Shown here one piece after another: positions 18,631 through 27,160 of a stretch of DNA of 35,050 bases. Location of the stretch: contig JBDRLY010000088.1 of NCBI GenBank assembly GCA_043812735.1, forward strand, positions 1 to 35,050, given 5' to 3'. Below the pieces are notes generated by a model. The model ran no database searches, was not told where the DNA came from, and saw nothing but the letters and a program-made list of their open reading frames with translations. The DNA is from Candidatus Omnitrophota bacterium (lineage in GTDB: Bacteria > Omnitrophota > Gorgyraeia > JBDRLY01). The position numbers and the translations under genes were made by a program. Numbering within the stretch: the first letter of the stretch is position 1; every line of letters starts with the position of its first letter.

Positions 18631-19951
18631 AAGCCAAATTTCCTATATCGCCTGCACCCATGAACAAAATAAAGTCGCCCTGCTTTACTATGCGCTCCAG
18701 GTAATCTACTATTTTATCCTTAGGCATATACACAGCATCTTTGTGGCCCCAGCGCTTAACGCCTTGAAGGATTAAATCCGCGCTGACCCCCTGTATCGGC
18801 CTCTCGCATGCCGCATATACATCTGTCAGAATTAATTTGTCAACGCCGCTGAATGCCGCGGCGAACTCTTCTTTAAGATTAAGCGTGCGCGTGTATCTGT
18901 GCGGCTGAAAAATTCCTATAAGCCTTTCGGGTTTTGACTGCTTTGCCGCCGCTACGGTTGCTTTTACTTCCGTGGGATGATGGCCGTAATCATCCACTAT
19001 CGTTATTGCGTCTTTCTCAGAGATAACCTGAAAACGCCTTTCCGCGCCTTTATACTGGCTTAAGATATCCCTTGCGGTTTCAAAGTTTATGCCGCACTCC
19101 ATGGCAACACCCAAGGCCGCAAGAGAATTAACAATATTATGTACGCCGGGTACCGCCAATTTAACATTTCCCAGCACCCTGCCTTTATAAAGAACCTCAT
19201 ATTGTGAAATTAAACCCTCCAGCGATATATCCCTTGCGGTTAAATCAGCGTTTTTCCAAAGCCCGTAAGTTGTGATTTTCGCTTTGGTCTTTTTTGCGAT
19301 TCGGCGCACATTCGGGCAATCCGCACACAAAAACGAAACACCGCTTGTTTTGTTTAAAAATTCCAAATACGCATCTACTACCCTGACCATTTCGCTGTAA
19401 TAGTCCATGTGCTCTTTTTCTATATTTGTTATAACGCAGTGCTTCGGCGCCAGGTACAAAAATGAGCCGTCGCTCTCGTCCGCCTCAGCCACAAAATATT
19501 CGCCCCCGCCCAGCTTTGCATTACCGCTGAAATGGCCCACATTAGCGCCTATGGCTATTGTTGGCGAGAGCCCGGCCTTTTCAAGAATAAGCGCTATCAT
19601 GGAAGTGGTTGTTGTTTTTCCGTGCGAGCCGCCTACGGCGATGCCTGTTTTTTCTTTCATCATCTCTGCCAGCATTTCGCCGCGGGAGAGAACCGGTATA
19701 TTTTTTTCCCTGGATATCGCAAGTTCCGGATTATCAGCCGGCACAGCCGAAGAATACACAACTACATCGGCATCACCCACATTGCCCGCGCAATGCCCTA
19801 TGAATACCGTCGCACCCGCTTTCGCCAGTCTCCTGGTAATTGAATTTTCCCTGATGTCGGAACCGCGGACTTTATCGCCCCCTTCCAGCGAAATCTCCGC
19901 CAGTGCGCTCACCCCGACACCGCCTATTCCGATAAAGTGTATCTTTTTCAT
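18587..19951 (-). CDS. murC: UDP-N-acetylmuramate--L-alanine ligase
   Basis: 454 aa with HFIGIGGVGVSALAE, the Mur ligase P-loop VGGSHGKTTTTSM and DDYGHHPTE. Confidence 0.95.
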   Translation of the reverse strand: MKKIHFIGIGGVGVSALAEISLEGGDKVRGSDIRENSITRRLAKAGATVFIGHCAGNVGDADVVVYSSAVPADNPELAISREKNIPVLSRGEMLAEMMKEKTGIAVGGSHGKTTTTSMIALILEKAGLSPTIAIGANVGHFSGNAKLGGGEYFVAEADESDGSFLYLAPKHCVITNIEKEHMDYYSEMVRVVDAYLEFLNKTSGVSFLCADCPNVRRIAKKTKAKITTYGLWKNADLTARDISLEGLISQYEVLYKGRVLGNVKLAVPGVHNIVNSLAALGVAMECGINFETARDILSQYKGAERRFQVISEKDAITIVDDYGHHPTEVKATVAAAKQSKPERLIGIFQPHRYTRTLNLKEEFAAAFSGVDKLILTDVYAACERPIQGVSADLILQGVKRWGHKDAVYMPKDKIVDYLERIVKQGDFILFMGAGDIGNLAYELAGRAAVGSYNV

Positions 19952-20925
19952 CTCGTAGTAAAACCGCTTTGCCCTAAAACCGCGTTGGCAACCTGCCCGT
20001 TCTGCCTGGGAAACCTCTCATACACAAGTATTCTGTTATTCCCGAAGTCGGATACATAAAGCCCGGAACTGTCGAATGAAATCGAATTGGGGCTATGCAA
20101 GCTGGTTGCGCTCGGTGTCATCTTGCCCTGATTGGGTTCGTTGCTTGTAAACTCAACCTGCCCGATAACGGCATTACACGGAGCGTTGTTATATTTGGGC
20201 ACATCATTATAGAATTTTACGCGGTGGTTAAATTCATCGGCTACAAAAAGGCACATGCCGTCGCCGAAAACCCCTGCGGGAAAACACAGGCTTGCCGCAT
20301 CCGGGCCGCTTGGATTCGGGGCGTTACTTTCGAAATTCACCTGCCCTAATACGATATCCGCCGGCTGAAAATTCTTACTTGGCAGCGAATTATATATCAG
20401 CACCCTATTGTTAAATGTATCGGATACGTAAAACTTTCTGCCGTCGTAAAAAATCTCTTTTGGAAAATACATCGAGCTGGCGTTTATGCCGCCTGAATTG
20501 GGTAGGTTAGATGTAAAATCCGGTTGGCCCAAAACCACATCGGCCGCTGCGTAATTCGATGTGGGTATAGAGTTGTAAATAAGCACTCTGCTATTGCCGG
20601 TATCGGCTATGGCAAGTATATCCCCGTCAGTTATGGCGCTGCTGGGGCTGCATAAACTTCTTGCGCTTACGCCGTCCGAATTGGGTATGCTTTTTGCCGG
20701 ATCTGTTTGGCCTATTACCACCACGGGATTGATAATATCATCCGTCTGGGAGCAGGCATTTATGAGCACCCTGTTGCTAAAGGCTTCCACAAAATACAGC
20801 CTTTTACCGTCCGAAAATTTCTTAGAGGCAGAGAAGAATTTCTCGCCTTGCTCTGCGAAAACATTGCTAACTGCTAAGCAGAAAACGCCCAGCATGATTA
20901 AAATAACTGCCGCTGTTTTTCTCAT
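19948..20925 (-). CDS. Secreted NHL-repeat beta-propeller protein (five recognisable blades)
   Basis: Signal peptide MRKTAAVILIMLGVFCLAVSNVFA/EQ. It is followed by five ~48-50 aa repeats of the type DG..LYVSD..NNRVLIYNS.P..N..AD.VLGQ.DFTSN.PN.GG, for example FPAGVFGDGMCLFVADEFNHRVKFY. The stop overlaps the murC ATG (ATGA). Confidence 0.8.
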   Translation of the reverse strand: MRKTAAVILIMLGVFCLAVSNVFAEQGEKFFSASKKFSDGKRLYFVEAFSNRVLINACSQTDDIINPVVVIGQTDPAKSIPNSDGVSARSLCSPSSAITDGDILAIADTGNSRVLIYNSIPTSNYAAADVVLGQPDFTSNLPNSGGINASSMYFPKEIFYDGRKFYVSDTFNNRVLIYNSLPSKNFQPADIVLGQVNFESNAPNPSGPDAASLCFPAGVFGDGMCLFVADEFNHRVKFYNDVPKYNNAPCNAVIGQVEFTSNEPNQGKMTPSATSLHSPNSISFDSSGLYVSDFGNNRILVYERFPRQNGQVANAVLGQSGFTTR

Positions 20926-20950
20926 TAACCTCTTCCCGTTCGAACTATTA

Positions 20951-20979
20951 ATTATAACTCTTATTTTCGATTATGTAAA
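20951..20979 (-). promoter_or_regulatory. Near-consensus sigma70-like internal promoter upstream of the NHL gene
   Basis: The minus strand reads TTTACA-17 nt-TATAAT (TTTACAtaatcgaaaataagagtTATAAT). The SD GGGAAGAGG follows, then the ATG at 20925. Confidence 0.55.
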
Positions 20980-21049
20980 CCCCGCTAAGCCTCTTTTCTT
21001 GTACTGGCGGGGTAAACCCCGCTAAGCCTCTTTTCTTGTACTGGCGGGG
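20976..21049. repeat. Perfect 37-bp tandem duplication immediately after the murG stop
   Basis: The plus-strand unit TAAACCCCGCTAAGCCTCTTTTCTTGTACTGGCGGGG occupies 20976-21012 and again 21013-21049. Each unit carries a complementary CCCCGC/GCGGGG pair. Confidence 0.95.
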
Positions 21050-22141
21050 TTACCCAAGCTTGAGTATTTCCTGCGCAAGGCGGCTCGCGCCAGAGGGATC
21101 AAAAGTATGCCCGGCGGAGTCTTTCATTTTTTGCAGTCTCTCGGGGTTATTTAAAAGCTCTTCTATCTGTTTTTTTAATAATTCCGCGGATAAGTGCTTT
21201 TCCTGGATTAAAATCGCCGCGCCGCTATTCGCCAAGGCCAAGGCGTTTTGCAACTGGTGATTGCCTGCGTACGGATAAGGTACCAAAATTGACGCAAGAG
21301 CGCTTACGCCTATCTCCCAAACAGTTCCTGCGCCGCAGCGGCTTAGCGTAATATCGCTCGCGGCATAAGCATACTGTATATCTTTCAGAAAAGAGTAAAC
21401 TCTATTCTCTATCCCTAAACCCGCATACTCCCCGCTAACGAATTCATAATCGGCCTCTCCGCAAATATGAATCAGCCTCAATTGCCGCTTTTTCGACGGC
21501 TCTATTAATTTCAGCGTTTTTATTATTATTCTGTTGAGCGCCTGCGAGCCCTGGCTACCGCCGAGAACCAATATACCGGTTGCATCATTTTTAAACGAAA
21601 AATGCTCCAGCGCCTTGTGCCTGTTTTGATTAAGAAAGCATGCCCTTACGGGATTTCCCGTCAAAATCCACCTGGGATTATTCGCTTGCATGGTTTGGGG
21701 AAAACTAACGGCAACCTTCCCCGCGAACCATGCCAGAAGTTTATTCGCCTTGCCCATAATAACATTTTGTTCGTGGATAAGGGTTTTCTTTCCTGTTGCA
21801 AATGCCGCAAGCAGCAAAGCAACGCTGCTGTATCCGCCAAAGCCGACAACCACATCCGGATTGGTTTTTTTGATAATACCTATCGCTTTAAAAAATGCCG
21901 CCAGCGTCTTAAAACAAAATGCCAAATTCCCGAAACCTAACCTCTCGGGAAAAGGCGCGGCATCCAGCGCATAAGAACTATAGTTATATTTCTTAAATAT
22001 TTCCTTATCAAGCGCCTTCTTCGACATAACAAAAGCGATGCCCGCCCCCGGGGAGAGGGTTTCTATCTCCTTGGCAGTTGCGATAGCGGGAAAAATATGC
22101 CCCCCTGTTCCGCCGCATGCAATAAGGATTTTTACGCTCAT
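21050..22141 (-). CDS. murG: Lipid II-forming UDP-GlcNAc transferase MurG
   Basis: 363 aa with an N-terminal GGTGGHIFPA loop and a GT28 C-terminal half (LGGSQGSQALN). A 4-nt overlap joins it to ftsW. Confidence 0.93.
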   Translation of the reverse strand: MSVKILIACGGTGGHIFPAIATAKEIETLSPGAGIAFVMSKKALDKEIFKKYNYSSYALDAAPFPERLGFGNLAFCFKTLAAFFKAIGIIKKTNPDVVVGFGGYSSVALLLAAFATGKKTLIHEQNVIMGKANKLLAWFAGKVAVSFPQTMQANNPRWILTGNPVRACFLNQNRHKALEHFSFKNDATGILVLGGSQGSQALNRIIIKTLKLIEPSKKRQLRLIHICGEADYEFVSGEYAGLGIENRVYSFLKDIQYAYAASDITLSRCGAGTVWEIGVSALASILVPYPYAGNHQLQNALALANSGAAILIQEKHLSAELLKKQIEELLNNPERLQKMKDSAGHTFDPSGASRLAQEILKLG

Positions 22142-23232
22142 ACGTTAACCCTTCTATTTTTGGCTATATTCAACAATAGCCCCACGCCTATTAGGTTAGC
22201 TATAATCGCGCTGCCGCCGTAACTTACAAACGGAAGCGGCAGGCCCTTCGTGGGTATGGCCCCTATGCTGGCGCCTATATTTATGAGCGCCTCCATGCAT
22301 ATGGTTGAAGTTATGCCCACGCCGAGAAGCTGCCCGAACAAATCCCGCGCGCGGGCGGATATCCTCATTCCTTCCGTAACAAAAAGAAAAAATAAAATAA
22401 TAACGGCTGATGCGCCGACCAAGCCCAGCTCCTCGCCTATTATAGAAAAAATGAAATCGGTATGTGATTGCGGAAGGTAAAAAAGTTTCTGCCTTGATGC
22501 GCCGAGGCCGACGCCCAAAAGTCCGCCGCTGCCGAGTGCGATATATGATTGTATTATCTGGTACCCCGCCCCTCTGGGATCCTGCCACGGATTTAAAAAT
22601 GCCAGTATTCTTTTGCGCCTGTATGCAACCTGATAAACGAGGCTGTAAACAAGCGGCAGTGAAAAAAGGAAAACCGACACCATATGCGCAAAATTTATCC
22701 CTGCTACAGCGTAGAGCAGAAACGCAACAACCGCTATCGATACCGTCTTGCCCAAATCCGGCTGCGCCAGGACTAACGCGAGCGTAGCGCCCACAATTAA
22801 ACTCGGCGGTAAAAATCCCTGAACGAAGCTTTTTATAACATGTTTTTTGCGCGAGAGAAAATCAGCCAGGTATATAATTATGGCGAGTTTTACGAATTCG
22901 GAGGGCTGTATAGTGAAGTTGCCTATTCTAATCCATCTCTTCGCGCCGCCTACTTGTACACCCAGCCCGGGTATATATACGCATAAAAGTAAAACAATGG
23001 ACAAAAATAAAATCGGTTTTGAAAAAGCACGCAACTTGGCATAATCCATAGCCATGACAAACGCCGCTAGTGCAATACCGATACAAGCATATAACAGGTG
23101 GCGCTTAAGGTAAAACATGGCGTCCTTGTAGTGATGATACCCGTAGAGGGCGCTTGAGGAGTACACCATTACAATTCCTAAACAAACCAGGGAAAGCGTA
23201 ATTAAAAGTAGGTTTCTTCGCGTCTGTCTCAT
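22138..23232 (-). CDS. ftsW: Divisome SEDS protein FtsW
   Basis: 364-aa polytopic protein with RWIRIGNFTIQPSEFVKLA and PLPFVSYGGSA. It lies between murD and murG. Confidence 0.9.
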   Translation of the reverse strand: MRQTRRNLLLITLSLVCLGIVMVYSSSALYGYHHYKDAMFYLKRHLLYACIGIALAAFVMAMDYAKLRAFSKPILFLSIVLLLCVYIPGLGVQVGGAKRWIRIGNFTIQPSEFVKLAIIIYLADFLSRKKHVIKSFVQGFLPPSLIVGATLALVLAQPDLGKTVSIAVVAFLLYAVAGINFAHMVSVFLFSLPLVYSLVYQVAYRRKRILAFLNPWQDPRGAGYQIIQSYIALGSGGLLGVGLGASRQKLFYLPQSHTDFIFSIIGEELGLVGASAVIILFFLFVTEGMRISARARDLFGQLLGVGITSTICMEALINIGASIGAIPTKGLPLPFVSYGGSAIIANLIGVGLLLNIAKNRRVNV

Positions 23233-24563
23233 TGCAGGCGGGAAACTATTTCTTTAAATTTATCGCCGCGGTCCTCGAAGTTCCTGAACATATCAAAACT
23301 CGCACACATGGGGGATAACAGTACTGTATCGCCGCTTTGCGAGATGTCGCTGGCTTTTTTTACCGCATCTTCCAAAGACGCGGCAAATTGCACTTGGGCT
23401 CTGCCTTGTATAGCTATTTTTATATTTTCCTTTGCCTCGCCTATTAAAATAACCGCCCTTGCTTTTTCGTTCACTATATTTTTTACAATGTTATAATCGC
23501 TTTTTTTATCCCTGCCTCCTGCTATTAAAATTATACCGCCCGGTATCGAGCGCAGGGCATACACTGCGGCATCTACGCTCGTTGCCTTGGAATCGTTTAC
23601 GTAATTAACGCCCCGTAATGTTCTTACATGTTCAAAGCGGTGCTCCAGGCCCTTAAAACGCGAAATTGTCCCTGCAATTGACTTATCGCTTACGCCAAGT
23701 ACCGATGCGGCAATTGCGCAGCAAAGGGCATTTAATATATTATGCTCGCCTTTTATCTTTATATCGCCCGCGCCCATAAGAAATCGCTCGAGAAGAAATA
23801 ATTTTCCGTCTTTAAGGTATGCGCCGTTTACTTTGTCCTTTAAGCTGAAATAGAGCACCTCGGCCTTAACATCTTTGGCCAGGGCCCGCAGTACGGGGTC
23901 GTCATAGAATAAAACCGCGGTATCATCGGGGCGCTGATTTAAGAATATTCTTTTTTTGGCGCTGAGGTATTCTTTAAAATCCGTATGCCTGTCCAGGTGG
24001 TTTTGGGTAACATTAAGCAAGGCGGATACCTTTGGCCTGAAAGTTTTTATTGTTTCCAATTGAAACGAGCTTACCTCCAGAACAACGATATTATTTTCTT
24101 TTATGCGTGGCAGTTCGCCGCAGAACGGGTTTCCTATATTGCCGCAGACGATCGGATTCTTGCCGGCATCGCTTAATATCTCGCCGATTAAACTCGTAAC
24201 TGTAGACTTGCCGTTTGTCCCGGTTACGGCAACAACCGGGGCCCTGCAAAACCAGAAACCTAGCTCTATCTCGCTTATAACCGGGATATTGTTTTCTCCG
24301 GCCAGAAGAAGCGGCCAAGCGCCTCTGGGTACGCCCGGGCTTGTTACGATTAAATCCCGGCCCAGTATGTATTCTTTGCTATGGCTGCCTGTTTCGACAT
24401 TTATTCCCTGCTTCTTTAGAACCTGCTTATTTTCGCTTAGCTCTTGGCTATCGCCTGAATCGCTAACGCTAACTATCGCGCCATTAGCTTTAAGAACCTG
24501 CGCCGCCGCTAAACCGCTTTTTCCCAAACCAAGAACCGTTACATTCTTATTACTCAATTCCAT
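23229..24563 (-). CDS. murD: UDP-N-acetylmuramoylalanine--D-glutamate ligase
   Basis: Carries VTVLGLGKSGLAAA and the P-loop VTGTNGKSTVTSL. The ORF-track start at 24599 is a TTG inside the repeat element. ATG candidates lie at 24578 and 24563. I prefer MELSNKNVTVLGLG, which starts at 24563. Confidence 0.92.
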   Translation of the reverse strand: MELSNKNVTVLGLGKSGLAAAQVLKANGAIVSVSDSGDSQELSENKQVLKKQGINVETGSHSKEYILGRDLIVTSPGVPRGAWPLLLAGENNIPVISEIELGFWFCRAPVVAVTGTNGKSTVTSLIGEILSDAGKNPIVCGNIGNPFCGELPRIKENNIVVLEVSSFQLETIKTFRPKVSALLNVTQNHLDRHTDFKEYLSAKKRIFLNQRPDDTAVLFYDDPVLRALAKDVKAEVLYFSLKDKVNGAYLKDGKLFLLERFLMGAGDIKIKGEHNILNALCCAIAASVLGVSDKSIAGTISRFKGLEHRFEHVRTLRGVNYVNDSKATSVDAAVYALRSIPGGIILIAGGRDKKSDYNIVKNIVNEKARAVILIGEAKENIKIAIQGRAQVQFAASLEDAVKKASDISQSGDTVLLSPMCASFDMFRNFEDRGDKFKEIVSRLQ

Positions 24564-24582
24564 AGAATTAAAACCCATTTTT

Positions 24583-24685
24583 AACGCAGATTCCCGCAAA
24601 TCAAACGCAAATTCACGCAGACAAATCTGCGGACATCTGCGTGCCTGCCTTGTCGGCAGACAGGCAATCCGCGAACATCTGCGTT
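24583..24685. repeat. ~103-bp inverted-repeat element built from 10-bp-phased CGCAGAT heptamers
   Basis: The left arm has CGCAGAT at 24585, CGCAAAT at 24595, CGCAAAT at 24606 and CGCAGAC at 24616. The right arm has ATCTGCG at 24625, 24635 and 24677, plus ATCCGCG at 24667. The 9-bp termini AACGCAGAT and ATCTGCGTT are perfect inverted repeats. Internal hairpins are CGCAGAcaaaTCTGCG and CTGCCttgtcGGCAG. Confidence 0.9.
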
Positions 24686-24701
24686 TAAATATTTTCCAGC
24701 G

Positions 24702-25790
24702 TTACCGCAATTTTAACGTGCTCAGCGACATCAGCGCCAATAATGCCGCAATTATCCAAAACCTCACAATTACTTTGGGTTCGGCCCAACCCTTTAATTG
24801 AAAATGATGATGTATCGGCGCCATTAAAAATACCCTCTTTTTCCGCGACCTAAAAGAGGTGACCTGAATTATCACGGATAATGCCTCCATCACGAATATC
24901 CCGCCGACAATAATTAAAATAAGTTCTTTCTTTATAAGGATGCTCACAATGCCTATTGCGCCGCCTAAAGCAAGCGATCCCGTATCGCCCATAAACACGC
25001 TCGCCGGATACGCATTAAACCATAAAAACCCGAGCCCCGCCCCTACCAGGCTTGCGCAAAAAACGGATAATTCTCCCGCGCCGGGCGTAAAAACAATATT
25101 CAAATAACCTGAGAATTTCGCATGGCCCGTGACGTAAGCTAAACCGAAATACGTAAAGGCGGCCATTGTCGTGCAGCCGATAGCCAGGCCGTCAAGCCCG
25201 TCGGTGAGGTTTACCGCGTTTGAGGTGCCGACAAGCACTATGACCACAAATGGTATATAAAATATCCCCAGGTCTATCACCAGTTTTTTGAAAAACGGTA
25301 TGTCCAGATTGTGCGATATGGCGGGATCATTAAAAATAATTATTCCGACAATAATACCCAGCGATACCTGAGAAAGCAATTTTGCGATTTTTGTAAGGCC
25401 TTTGGCGTTCTTGCGTTTTAGTTTTACGATGTCATCCATGGCGCCCACTAATCCCAGCCACAGCATCGATGACATGGACAATATCACATATTTATTCCTG
25501 ATATCCCCCCAGAGCAGGGTTGCAACTAAAACGGCGATTAAAATAATTATGCCGCCCATCGTAGGGGTACCCTGCTTTGTTTTGTGCAATTCATACAAAG
25601 ACGGCGCCTCATGCGTGCGTATATGCTGTCCTATTTTAAGCTGGGTAAGTTTTTTTATAACAAACGGCCCGATCAAGACAGATATTAAAAATGAACTCAC
25701 AAGCGCGCACGCCGAGCGGAAGGTTATGTAGCGGAATACGTTGAAGCCGAAGAAAGTGTCCCTTAGCGAGTACAGGATGTAGTAAAGCAT
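24702..25790 (-). CDS. mraY: Phospho-N-acetylmuramoyl-pentapeptide transferase
   Basis: 362-aa polytopic protein with NAVNLTDGLDGLA, FMGDTGSLALGG and APIHHHF motifs. Confidence 0.95.
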   Translation of the reverse strand: MLYYILYSLRDTFFGFNVFRYITFRSACALVSSFLISVLIGPFVIKKLTQLKIGQHIRTHEAPSLYELHKTKQGTPTMGGIIILIAVLVATLLWGDIRNKYVILSMSSMLWLGLVGAMDDIVKLKRKNAKGLTKIAKLLSQVSLGIIVGIIIFNDPAISHNLDIPFFKKLVIDLGIFYIPFVVIVLVGTSNAVNLTDGLDGLAIGCTTMAAFTYFGLAYVTGHAKFSGYLNIVFTPGAGELSVFCASLVGAGLGFLWFNAYPASVFMGDTGSLALGGAIGIVSILIKKELILIIVGGIFVMEALSVIIQVTSFRSRKKRVFLMAPIHHHFQLKGWAEPKVIVRFWIIAALLALMSLSTLKLR

Positions 25791-27151
25791 TTTATCAGCT
25801 CTTCCATTTTCATTGCCCGCGAACCCTTTATCAATACGACATCGCGGGGTTTTAACATATTTTTTAAAATAGACGCAATGCGGGATGCGCCTTTTTGCCC
25901 GGTGAAACTAAAAACCCTGTCTTTCTTTAAGCCTGCCTCCACGGCGCCCATAGTTATCAAGCGGGCAAGTTCACCATATGATATCACATAATCGATATTA
26001 TGTCTCGCTGCCAGTTCGCCCGATTTCCTGTGGTATGCTCGCCTATCTTTACCCAATTCAAGCATATCGCCTGCTATCAGAAATTTTCTGCCGCTCGTAT
26101 TGCGGCTACCGAGCCACCGTATCGCTTCCTTAAGCGACTGCGGATTGGAATTATACGCATCGTTAATTATCTCTACGCCGTTTAATTTTATAACTTCCAT
26201 CCTCATTGCCGGAGCCTTAAACTCGCTTAGTGCTTTTTTTATGAGGGAATAAGACACTCTTAGGAGCCTCGCAACGCTTATCGCGGCAAGGGCATTATAT
26301 AGATTATACTCACCCAGCAAATTAACCCTGAATCTTAGTTTACTATTGAGCGTAAAATTAAAACCGCAATTATCAAAAATAATATCTGTCGCGCGAAATC
26401 GGGAACCGGGTTTTCTCCCGAATCTTATAACGCTGCAGTTTACATTTTTTACCCGCGAAAGATAGTCATCGTCCGCATTTAATAGCGCACTGCCGCGGGG
26501 GCCGAGACTCTTTAAAAGCGAGATTTTTTCCCTAAAAACGCCTGTGGTAGTTTTTAAATATTCCAAATGCGTTGGGCCTATATTGGTAATTACGCATACC
26601 GTAGGCCTTGTTATGTCCGCGAGGTTTTTCATCTCTCCGAAATGATTTGTGCCCAATTCCAGCACGGCAACGCCTGTTTGTTTTGAGATGCCCAACAATG
26701 CCTTGGGGACGCCTATATTGTTATTCTCCGTGCCGATACTTTTTAATACGCGGTAACGCTTCTTTAACAGCGCCGCAATCATGTCTTTTGTCGTTGTCTT
26801 GCCGTTAGAACCCGTTATCGCAATAACCGGTATGCGAAATTTCATCCTGTGGTAATGAGCTATGTCGCCAAACGCCTTAGTGGTATCTTCAACTAAAATT
26901 ACCGGCAAATCGCCAAGCGTAGACGGGAGGCGTGATTTATCCTGAATAATAATCCCGCCGGCGCCCTGCTTTAGCGCATATTTTATAAAATTATGCCCAT
27001 CAAACTTATTTCCTTTTATCGCCAGGAATAATTCTCCTGTTTTTAATGTTCTCGAATCTGTGGATATGCCGAAAAAAATTGCTTTCCCGCGGCCGCTAAG
27101 CAACTTCCCTTTTGTGCATTTTATTATTTCCTGTAGCGTAAACTTGGCCAT
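25763..27151 (-). CDS. murF: UDP-MurNAc-tripeptide--D-alanyl-D-alanine ligase
   Basis: 462 aa with the Mur ligase P-loop ITGSNGKTTTKDM and NDAYNSNP. It lies between murE and mraY. Confidence 0.93.
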   Translation of the reverse strand: MAKFTLQEIIKCTKGKLLSGRGKAIFFGISTDSRTLKTGELFLAIKGNKFDGHNFIKYALKQGAGGIIIQDKSRLPSTLGDLPVILVEDTTKAFGDIAHYHRMKFRIPVIAITGSNGKTTTKDMIAALLKKRYRVLKSIGTENNNIGVPKALLGISKQTGVAVLELGTNHFGEMKNLADITRPTVCVITNIGPTHLEYLKTTTGVFREKISLLKSLGPRGSALLNADDDYLSRVKNVNCSVIRFGRKPGSRFRATDIIFDNCGFNFTLNSKLRFRVNLLGEYNLYNALAAISVARLLRVSYSLIKKALSEFKAPAMRMEVIKLNGVEIINDAYNSNPQSLKEAIRWLGSRNTSGRKFLIAGDMLELGKDRRAYHRKSGELAARHNIDYVISYGELARLITMGAVEAGLKKDRVFSFTGQKGASRIASILKNMLKPRDVVLIKGSRAMKMEELIKCFTTSCTR

Positions 27152-27160
27152 ATCCTATCC

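Noticed and set aside
19407-19958. 183-aa plus-strand ORF antisense to murC, together with nested ORFs at 19532-19843 and 19609-19803
   Set aside because: These are typical stop-poor antisense frames of a conserved gene. No start context or recognisable motifs are present.
20926-20950. GTTCGAA (tRNA T-loop-like) motif on the minus strand upstream of the NHL gene
   Set aside because: The flanking bases (AATAG and CGGGA) cannot form a T-stem, and no acceptor or anticodon arms are evident. The stretch lies in the promoter-to-RBS leader.
20976-21049. The 37-bp repeats as a possible CRISPR array
   Set aside because: There are only two copies, directly abutting with no spacer, and no cas genes in the window.
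24103-24801. 232-aa plus-strand ORF spanning the murD 5' region, the repeat element and the mraY 3' end
   Set aside because: It is antisense to two well-supported genes and has a low-complexity Ser/Pro/Leu-rich translation. Its middle part (..NSRRQICGHLRACLVGRQAIREHLRL..) is simply the heptamer repeat element read through. No RBS is visible.
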